Shown here: piece after piece, positions 57,701 to 64,000 of the stretch
Layout of the letters: each line of letters opens with the position of its first letter
Numbering within the stretch: the first letter of the stretch is position 1
Assembly (NCBI GenBank): GCA_003158895.1
Contig: PMLO01000090.1
Coordinates: forward strand, 33,005-97,004
DNA from: Propionibacteriaceae bacterium
GTDB taxonomy: Bacteria > Actinomycetota > Actinomycetes > Propionibacteriales > Propionibacteriaceae
DNA: 64,000 nucleotides
Reading direction: 5' to 3'
Made by a program: the position numbers and the translations under genes
The notes under the pieces: generated by a model
The model's database searches: none
What the model saw: only the letters and a program-made list of their open reading frames with translations
Told to the model about the DNA's origin: nothing

Positions 57701-58383
57701 CCCTGCCACGTCTCTACGCCGAATACACCACCATCGCCGCAGACGCCGACCTCAACCACTGGACCAACAGCCTCACCCGTGCCGGCCTCGACGCCGACCA
57801 GCTCCAACAATCACCCGCCTGGGGACCACTGGTCGCCGCCCTCCGCACAGCCGACAGCCTCGGCGTCAACCTCGACACCACCCTGCCGCAGCTCGTCACG
57901 AACCTGCCAGACGACCAAGCCGCCGTCCTGCACTACCGCATCGACACCCTGATCAAAACCCTCACCGCTCGCGGAGCCAAACCACGACGAGACCGCAGCA
58001 TCATCGGCCTCATCCCAGCAGCCCACGCAGACGACCCCAGCCTCAGCCGCGCCCTCGCCGAACGCGCACGCACGATGGAACAACGCGTCGACACCCAGCT
58101 CACACGAGCGCTCGAGACACACGCCGCATGGACCCGGCTACTCGGCACACCACCCACCGACCCCGCACTCCACCAGCAATGGTGGACCCAAGCCAGGATC
58201 ATGGCCGCGTTCCGCGAGCTCCACGACGCCACCACCACACCCGACAAGATCGTCGAAGCCGCAACCACCATCCGCGAACGCTCCGACGCACGAGTCGCCC
58301 GCGCGGCACTCCAACAAGCCCAACAGCTCGCACAACAAGCCGCCGCCCAGCACAGCGGGACCCCGGACCTCCGACCGCTGTAA
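54715..58383 (+). CDS. MobF-family relaxase fused to RecD-like helicase (TrwC/TraA type)
   Basis: TRYYAESG (Tyr pair), DLTFSVPKSVS, HWDSRAADPQLHTHLVIQN (3-His motif), helicase Walker A LVGPAGTGKST and LLIVDEASL. Confidence 0.9.
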   Translation: MSVSINRLVGAKGAEYLLRTIAHGDGRSAAGSALTRYYAESGTPPGRWFGAGLTQLDDGRGIEAGSEVGEDQLRNMLGGGFDPVTMKPLGKVLSPYLKQTGPDGKPIERRSVTGFDLTFSVPKSVSAMWAIADGGTQAIIYEAHQEAIRQALVWAEEHVFFSRSGHNGVLQERIHGVVGAGFDHWDSRAADPQLHTHLVIQNRAKSVSDGQWRTLDSRAIYKATVTLSELHQVLLQDELTRRLGVGWDPRTRTHSHVPKWEVTGVSDALQAEFSQRSAAIAVHKDEQVAAFEATHSRKPTAVEVLRMRQAATLATREDKHEHSLADLTEQWRERARTYVGEDTVSFVESLARNDMPLLRADDLTDDMLTELGTVALTGVTEKRATFTRANVHAELSRRMAEIRFASAADRIAATERAATIAVESALRISADELHHTPDAYRDQKAGVSRFRGVGTELFTTTALLDAEHRLVETSHLTTGPRVNLDTIDATVGDDEHGQRRNMTGKKHGLSDEQLAAVADIATSGRIVDVLVGPAGTGKSTTMAGLRQAWEHHHGDGSVVGAAPSAAAAEVLSGELGIACENTAKWLTELAATGRRQAELHRLEHPTLTPEQARAAAQHAHTRLAAAEQTGNEATIKAAKQDYFDLLALTSPQRRADRIAAVKAELQQWTIKPGQLLIVDEASLAGTFALDELRHHVATAGAKMLLVGDWAQLAAVDAGGAFSLLVHDRGDAPQLAEVRRFEQDWEKAASLLMRLGHRECIADYQQAGRIVGGTRDALLDKIYDDWRADLAGGDTSVMIAGDNQVVAALNTRARTDLIAAGVVRGREVPIADELHAARGDRVITRHNDRRLTTSKRAGGWVKNGDQWDVVTAHRDGSLTVKRSKGGGTLRLPTSYVREHVQLAYASTTHRAQGITVQHGRSLIDPTTTREANYVGATRGRIDNTIYVDTAYDPTPDTSYLPADTVTVADVLTKVLANIGAEQSATATIAAHLDDAQSLPRLYAEYTTIAADADLNHWTNSLTRAGLDADQLQQSPAWGPLVAALRTADSLGVNLDTTLPQLVTNLPDDQAAVLHYRIDTLIKTLTARGAKPRRDRSIIGLIPAAHADDPSLSRALAERARTMEQRVDTQLTRALETHAAWTRLLGTPPTDPALHQQWWTQARIMAAFRELHDATTTPDKIVEAATTIRERSDARVARAALQQAQQLAQQAAAQHSGTPDLRPL

Positions 58384-58493
58384 CGACCGCGCAGCCGCCC
58401 CGACGCCCGCACGCCGCTATCGTCCAAGGTCAGGGTCTCGCGCCGTGAATTCTCGTGACTGGTGACCGCAACGATGGCGGTCCCTATTGGGCT

Positions 58494-59348
58494 CTACGTT
58501 GCCCACTGGGACGCCGACGGCACACCATTCGGCGCCATCCAAGGACGACTGTCGGTGACGGCCTGCGCTGCGGTCAGAATGAGTTGCGCCGCAGAGTCCG
58601 CGACCTGAGAGATGTATGCGCTGATCCCGGCAATCGCGAGCGCCAAGAAGGCAACCGCGATCGCGAGAGGGACCAGCTCCTCCCAGGCGACGTCGACCTC
58701 GGCGAGGAGCGCGACGAAGGCCGCGATGTCTGCCAGCCCCGTGACGCCGGTTCCTTCAAACAGCGCGGCGACCGCCAAGCTCAGGGAACGGATGAACTGG
58801 ATGGCGGACCAGATCGCCTCCAGCGCAGCCGCTCCGGCGGTCAAGATGTAGAGAAGTGCGCCAGTTAGCCAGTTCCGCATCTGCTCGTCGGCAGCCTCCA
58901 GAGCCCCGGCCGCAGACCGGAAGCGGTCTTCGAGGTTGAAGGCAATGAAGTGATCGTCTGCGACCAGCGCCTCATAGACGTCGCTCGCCGGACCAACCCA
59001 GCCCGACCTGCCGGCCGACATGCGATGGACCTCGAACTCGGTCGTGATCGGCTCAGCTGCCCTGGTGGCGTAGTCCCGGAAGACGCGCGCCGCATCGCCA
59101 AGGCTGTTCAGCGCCTGGCAGGTGGGCGTCCACGTGGGCACCTGCTGCGGGACGACCCGGCTGAAGTCGTTCCGGGCTGCGGACAGCTGAGCGGCAGCTG
59201 GCGACCGAGGAAAGGGAACTCCCGCTGGGAGACGCGATAGGAGGCTCAGGAGCCGGGTCACTTCACCGGTGAGGATGCCCAAGTCGGTCTGCACCTTCGC
59301 GGTGACTGCCGTGGCTCGCTCAACAAGCTGTTGCAGGTCATCGGCCAC
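58494..59348 (-). CDS. WXG-like helical N-domain fused to a multi-helix membrane C-domain (putative secreted/membrane effector)
   Basis: RSGWVGPASDVYEAL (WxG context), then LTGALLYILTAGAAALEAIW..., LADIAAFVALLAEV..., LAIAVAFLALAIAGISAYI. Confidence 0.45.
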   Translation of the reverse strand: MADDLQQLVERATAVTAKVQTDLGILTGEVTRLLSLLSRLPAGVPFPRSPAAAQLSAARNDFSRVVPQQVPTWTPTCQALNSLGDAARVFRDYATRAAEPITTEFEVHRMSAGRSGWVGPASDVYEALVADDHFIAFNLEDRFRSAAGALEAADEQMRNWLTGALLYILTAGAAALEAIWSAIQFIRSLSLAVAALFEGTGVTGLADIAAFVALLAEVDVAWEELVPLAIAVAFLALAIAGISAYISQVADSAAQLILTAAQAVTDSRPWMAPNGVPSASQWAT

Positions 59349-59351
59349 GTC

Positions 59352-59720
59352 TCATCTCCTGGCTTCCTTATCCGCGTCAATCAGTCTGGCGACCTCACCG
59401 GCCCATTCAGTTCCCTGCGCCTCGGCCGCTGCGTACGCATACGACGTCTCCAGGAGCTGGTCCTTGATGCTGGCGCACACCTGCGCCGCGACCCCGTAGC
59501 CGACACCCGTCTGTGAGTCGGTCGACTGTGAGAAGACGTCGATGAGATGCTGGTATGCCTCGTAGACCTTGGCGAATTTCGGCTCCTGGTTGGGCACGCT
59601 CAAGCAGTCCCGGATCGCGCCAGCAAGAACTCTGCAGTCAGCGCCGATCTGCCCCCACGAATCGGCTTGCTGACCAAACCAGGACAGTCGGTAACTGATC
59701 GTGGCCAGATCCTGACTCAT
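59352..59720 (-). CDS. small all-helical protein (WXG100-like)
   Basis: 122 aa, DSWGQ motif, 4-nt overlap with the upstream gene. Confidence 0.4.
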   Translation of the reverse strand: MSQDLATISYRLSWFGQQADSWGQIGADCRVLAGAIRDCLSVPNQEPKFAKVYEAYQHLIDVFSQSTDSQTGVGYGVAAQVCASIKDQLLETSYAYAAAEAQGTEWAGEVARLIDADKEARR

Positions 59721-60238
59721 GTGATAATCCCCATGTCTAGCAATTCGGTGACCTCGGCCACCATGTCATCTAACTCGGCCCTTCGCCTGTTAGTAGTGGC
59801 GTGGAGGTGGGACTCGGCGTCCTGCAATGTTTGTGTGATCAACTGTGCGATCCCGTCGACAGCCTTATGCCTCAACCAGTCCTCTGACAGGGCCACGCCA
59901 ACGATGCGATCCCCGGCGACAGTGACAACGACCTCGCCGCGCAGAGATGACACACGGTTCTCGATCGGAGACGACTCGTTGAGGGCGATGTCGGCCTGAG
60001 CCCTTACCCGGTGAACGAGCCGGGCACTGGCCAGGTTGCCCAGCCGACCGTAGATGTCCGAACCCGACGGCAGCACGCGCCCCTTCGGCGTTCTAGACAT
60101 GATCGCGACCTGGAGGCTCATTCTCAGCAGAGCAGGACTTGAAGCGAATCGGGTCCGCCATCGCGGGTCGATGTGCGCCCACGCAATGCGCCCGTTCGCA
60201 TCCCGCTCGACAGTGACGAGATCGACGCGGTCGTGCAT
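59717..60238 (-). CDS. YbaB/EbfC-fold-like protein
   Basis: SLRGEVVVTVAGDRIVGVALSEDWL resembles the YbaB-like proteins found next to WXG genes. Start taken at MHDRVDL. Confidence 0.4.
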   Translation of the reverse strand: MHDRVDLVTVERDANGRIAWAHIDPRWRTRFASSPALLRMSLQVAIMSRTPKGRVLPSGSDIYGRLGNLASARLVHRVRAQADIALNESSPIENRVSSLRGEVVVTVAGDRIVGVALSEDWLRHKAVDGIAQLITQTLQDAESHLHATTNRRRAELDDMVAEVTELLDMGIIT

Positions 60239-60261
60239 AGACAGATCCTCGGTTGCGGATG

Positions 60262-60453
60262 TCACGGCCGGAGCTTCCGCCCCGAAAGAACCAAGAGCAC
60301 CAGGCTCAGCGCCACCAGACAACCATCAATTAGCAGCAAGTTGGGGCTCTTGGCTGTCGCCAGGCCCACGACAGCGAAAACGAACATGATCAACGCGATC
60401 ACGAAGCTCACAAGGACAGACGATCTAGGAGGAGACTGCCGGCGCTGAATCAC
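60262..60453 (-). CDS. small two-TM protein
   Basis: VLVSFVIALIMFVFAVVGLA and LLLIDGCLVALSLVLLVL helices; first gene of the minus-strand operon. Confidence 0.35.
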   Translation of the reverse strand: MIQRRQSPPRSSVLVSFVIALIMFVFAVVGLATAKSPNLLLIDGCLVALSLVLLVLSGRKLRP

Positions 60454-60720
60454 GGCACGTCCTTTGCTCGACGCTGAGGGGCAACGTTTGGCTGGAACAG
60501 GGGGGTCAACGACAACAGGTGGATCGAGCGTCGGGCCATGCGCGGCAGATTAGCAGAGGTGGGGTCCGTGCCCGGTTCACACCACATGAAGCCAGCCTGG
60601 TACCAGGACGCTAACCGCGCGGCGACACTGGCGCCCATTCGTCGTTCGTGGGCAGTGCCACCGGCTCGCCGGAGCAGAGCCGTTATGGGGTCAGCACCCG
60701 CGTCACTCTAGGCTTGCTCC

Positions 60721-61254
60721 ATGGACCCTGTTGTCATTGAGCTTGCCGAATGGACTCAGCGGCTGCCAGCGCCTACTCGAGGATCGCTCAAGGCCCGAGC
60801 GGTGGGATCGCTCATCTTCGGCGGGTGCGCGATCCTCCTCACTGCGGGCGGGCTGGTCGCGACTCTCATCCAGGACGGAATCACACTCCGGCTTTTCGGG
60901 GTGTTCTTCGTCGGGGTGATATCAGTGCTTCTGATACGGAACGGTGTGCACTTCCTGCGGCACCTTCCGGCAGGCAGCTCAGAGACGCGCGTACAGTTCG
61001 CGGCGACCTACGCCTTCACCATCTCCAGCGACGCCATTCACTTCCCCGGCAGGTTCGCAGCAGAGCCAGAGGACTGGCCGCTCTCGCAGACCGAGGTCAC
61101 AGCCAAGGCCAGACAGTCGGGCGGCACCCTGAGTCTGAAGTGCCCCGGCAGGCGATCACGGCGATTCCTCGCCCGTTCCCTGATCATGCCACCCGCCGAC
61201 ATCTGCCGGCTCGTCGAAGAACTCCGATCAGCTGCAACAGGGAGCATCGCCTAG
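60721..61254 (+). CDS. membrane protein (2 TM helices plus a bPH-like soluble domain)
   Basis: VGSLIFGGCAILLTAGGLVATLI and LFGVFFVGVISVLLI helices. Confidence 0.45.
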   Translation: MDPVVIELAEWTQRLPAPTRGSLKARAVGSLIFGGCAILLTAGGLVATLIQDGITLRLFGVFFVGVISVLLIRNGVHFLRHLPAGSSETRVQFAATYAFTISSDAIHFPGRFAAEPEDWPLSQTEVTAKARQSGGTLSLKCPGRRSRRFLARSLIMPPADICRLVEELRSAATGSIA

Positions 61255-61280
61255 GACTCACCGACGAGCGCGTGAGTCAG

Positions 61281-62557
61281 TCAGATCTTGCGGATGCTGC
61301 CGGATCCGTCGGCTTCGTAGTCGTCGAAGTTTCGTTCTGCCGCTAGCTCAACGAGCTCGTCCAGGGCTCGACTGATGGGTACCTCCACACCCTTTCCGGC
61401 GGCGTCATAGCAGCGCCACGTCGGGGTGAACGGGTTCGCGTCGACCAGGACGAAGTAGAGCCGCTCGAACTGCTCATCGCGGCCGGCAGGGTCGTTCCGG
61501 CCGCTGAAGATCCGGAACCTGGGCGACGCGTTCAGGAAGGTGGAACGCCGGCGCTTCGTGCCGTCGTTGCGGCGTCTTTGTCGAGAAAGAAGAACGCGGC
61601 GATCACGGCGTACGGGAAGCGACGATGCAGAATCGTTGCCTCAACGAGGAGGTCGGCCCGGCGGTTGGTGAGGTTCTTCTGGAAACCGCCCGACTTCCCA
61701 TCGCGGAAGTTGATCGTCCACCCGTCGTACGTCGACGCGAGACGGCTAGTCAGCTCGACGTGATCCACCTCGCCAGCAAAGTCAGGGTGCGTCGAGTAGT
61801 ACTGCCGCGAAAGACCCGGGTAAGGCGGATCGGCATACGCCAGCCGTAGCGGCTGCAGCCCGTCTTCGGGGGTGAACGTGCACTCCTCCAGCGGGAACCA
61901 GTCCGTGTCCGGCCTGTCATTGTTGGATGCGGCGCTGCGCACGCCGATGTCGATGGGCTGCTTGCTGAACATCGTCTGGGTTCGCCGGAGGCGCTCCTCG
62001 GGCGCGGGCCGGACTCGGACGAGCCGCACCACCCCATCCCGGTCCAGGGTCGCGTCGCGGCTGCTGATCGGGTTCGACGGATCGAACAGCCAGGTGACGA
62101 TCTCGCCGTAGCGTCGGGTCCGGTTCCGCATCGAAACGTCGGTCTCGCCGGACAGCTGGACCTCGATGACCGAGTGCGGGGTGCAGAACACGTCGACCCG
62201 GGAGCACCGATCAAGGCGCTTCTCCACATCGGCTTCGGGATGGCCATGGGCTCGTAGCCACGTGACGAGCGCGTACTGGACGATCGCGTGCGTGTAGATG
62301 TCGCGGTTCTCCGCGGGGGTGATCCGGCACGTGCTGTGTGCGAAATGCCGGAAGTGCGGCCGGCGGATCCTGCCGTTCACAGGCATGACCTTCTCGCCGC
62401 ACCCGCCGAGCTTCCTCGAGCAGTAGAACAGTTCGCCGCACGCATCGGCCGCCTCTATCAGGTCCGCCATGTCGTCATGGTCGATGAAGGCCTGGACATA
62501 CCGGTCTTCGGCTGGGTCTCCAAGGACTGCGAACACTGCCCGGTCTTCGTCGATCAC
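61281..62557 (-). pseudogene. mosaic: CoiA-like nuclease, DPPY methyltransferase N-terminal fragment and a frameshifted endonuclease-like tail
   Basis: Residues 40-160: CSRKLGGCGEKV...RRPHFRHFAH...RVDVF...VIEVQLSG...VTWLF (CoiA pattern). LAYADPPYPGLSRQYYSTHPDFAGEVDH lies at 61849-61718. The frame breaks near 61545, and a second frame continues (FLNASPRFRIFSGRND...SIRKI) to TGA at 61283-61281. Confidence 0.5.
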
Positions 62558-62793
62558 TGCGCTCCGTTCGCCGGCCAGTCTCGCCGAATCGCTTCGACGG
62601 TAGCGATCTCCTCAGACAATGCTCATCCGTCCTAGCCAGTGACAACGCGGATGGCGGGGTCGGCGCTCAGACGGACGTGGCTATGCGACGACCTGGGCTG
62701 GCCGCGAGTGTTGCCTCCCAAACCGGCCGCGGCATGGACCGATCGACATGGCCCTGACCAGCAGCCGTCTGCGAGTGATGAATCGTCGCTGCA

Positions 62794-63117
62794 GTGGCCG
62801 AGACGCACGCAAGGATGGGCTGCGTGATCGACAACTTGTCAGTGCTGGCGATGCCGTGGGTCTTCACCCAGTCGCATCCCTTGTCCACGGGCGACATATC
62901 GTCGGAGATGAAGAAGCGAGGCGCAGACATCGACCCCGCGACTCTGCGGGAGCTGTATCACCGTGGCGATCTGCGACCTCTGGTCGAACTCACCACTCGA
63001 CGAGTGGCGCCACGCGTTCCGATCTCCGATCACCCGGCCGCGATGGGCTCCACGCAAGCTGCGCTGCGTCGAGCTTTGGCTTCGGGGCGAGTGAGGGATC
63101 TCTGGGTCGGGGAGTAA
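62794..63117 (+). CDS. hypothetical protein, or the N-terminal part of the downstream ORF (ends at in-frame TAA)
   Basis: GDISSEMKKRGADIDPATLRELYHRGDLRPLVEL...; TAA at 63115-63117 is in the same frame as the following ORF. Confidence 0.35.
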   Translation: MAETHARMGCVIDNLSVLAMPWVFTQSHPLSTGDISSEMKKRGADIDPATLRELYHRGDLRPLVELTTRRVAPRVPISDHPAAMGSTQAALRRALASGRVRDLWVGE

Positions 63118-63126
63118 CGTCCAAGG

Positions 63127-64000
63127 TTGCGTTTCGACGACCGGCGGCGGACCGACCCACCAGGTTGGTGGAATGGGCTCATATACAGTCGGTGGCAGGT
63201 TCTCGCTGCACCTGAGATTCGTCGCCGACTTCCTCGGCAGCGCGTGTTTCGAACGTATGAGCGTCGTCGAGTGGTGCTGCCCCCTCTGGAGGATCCGCCC
63301 CGCTCTTCCGTGGAGCGGATTGCCGGTTGGGTCCCGGTCCTGGCTGCAGTGGAGGCGCGGTATCTGCCAACCATCGACTCCGAATGGCTGCACCTCATCA
63401 ACGCCGAAGTCGAGGAGTGGGAGCCATTTCGTAGCGACTTCGACCCTGTAGCGATGAGCATCGCACTTGGCGTGAAGCCCGAAGAGCTGCGGACTTTCGC
63501 CGAGTGGCTACTCCTCCGTGCCCGGGACCGTGATGCGACCGGAGATTGGTCGCAGTTGATCCGACGCGCGCCGCAGCGAGCATGGGAGACGTTGAGTGGT
63601 GACGTGCTGGTGGCACTTGATCACCGCCTCGCCGCGGAGGTCCTGTTGCAGTTCTACGAGGATCTGGTCGAGCGCGGCGCTGCCGAGCCTTTGCCTGACT
63701 TGCCTTGGCGGTTGTGGCATCCCCTTTTCGACCGCATCTCAGACCGGGGCGGCAGAGATCTCGACGGTGAGCTGGTTCACCTGGGGGTGTCGCCGCATCC
63801 TGGCGTGGTTCTCGTCATAGAAGGGGAGACCGAGGAACTGCTCATCCCGCGCATCTTTGACCACCTCGGCCTCCGCCGCACCCCTGACCTCATCCACGTG
63901 CTGTGCCTTCGGGGCTCCGACAAGCAACTTCCGCTCGTGGCCGCAGCCACAGTCGCACCATTATTGGGTCAACGCCGCGGCGACGGCTACGACGTGATCC
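63127..64000 (+). CDS. OLD-type TOPRIM-like domain protein (partial; runs off the right edge)
   Basis: Not in the ORF track. My frame-1 translation reads ...AVEARYLPTIDSEWLHLINAEVEEWEPF...GVVLVIEGETEELLIPRIFDHLGLRRTPDLIHVLCLRGSDKQLP, an EGxxE TOPRIM pattern at 63802-63837. Start uncertain (TTG 63127, GTG 63244 or ATG 63454). Confidence 0.45.
   Translation, partial: MRFDDRRRTDPPGWWNGLIYSRWQVLAAPEIRRRLPRQRVFRTYERRRVVLPPLEDPPRSSVERIAGWVPVLAAVEARYLPTIDSEWLHLINAEVEEWEPFRSDFDPVAMSIALGVKPEELRTFAEWLLLRARDRDATGDWSQLIRRAPQRAWETLSGDVLVALDHRLAAEVLLQFYEDLVERGAAEPLPDLPWRLWHPLFDRISDRGGRDLDGELVHLGVSPHPGVVLVIEGETEELLIPRIFDHLGLRRTPDLIHVLCLRGSDKQLPLVAAATVAPLLGQRRGDGYDVI

Overview
High-G+C actinobacterial chromosome segment in two parts. 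(A) 1-25.1 kb is mostly core genome on both strands: ettA (truncated at the left edge), a lipoprotein, a beta-lactamase-fold serine hydrolase, an SSB, two dynamin-like GTPases, PrsW, OsmC, an F420/NADP-oxidoreductase-like gene, an SRPBCC protein, an MFS transporter, orn, iolD, a transaldolase-family gene, murT/gatD, tRNA-Arg(TCT) and tRNA-His(GTG). Inside this block, at 10.1-15.2 kb, is a tightly coupled four-gene module: a cytoplasmic S8 peptidase, an ECF sigma factor, a small beta-rich protein and a TPR-CHAT caspase-like protease. I cannot assign it to a named system and rate it the best candidate for something new. It resembles the TPR-CHAT/RpoE output arm of type III-E CRISPR, but no cas genes or CRISPR array are present. 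(B) From tRNA-Lys(CTT) at 25.06 kb to the window end lies an integrated conjugative element of the actinobacterial T4SS type. It carries an XRE/Xis-like switch, AEP prim-pol-like and Toprim primase-like proteins, and a lipoprotein, surface protein and dedicated sortase. It also carries a peptidoglycan hydrolase, channel proteins, VirB4-like and VirD4-like ATPases and a MobF relaxase-helicase. No recombinase and no second att copy occur within the window. The element has its own families of TACGTA-rich intergenic motifs. Beyond the relaxase (58.4-64 kb) is lower-GC3 cargo: a WXG/YbaB/membrane-effector operon, a mosaic CoiA-nuclease/methylase-fragment/frameshifted gene, and an OLD-type TOPRIM-like ORF with an in-frame stop. 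No rRNA genes and no CRISPR array are present. All product calls rest on motifs I read in the translations. No database search was run.
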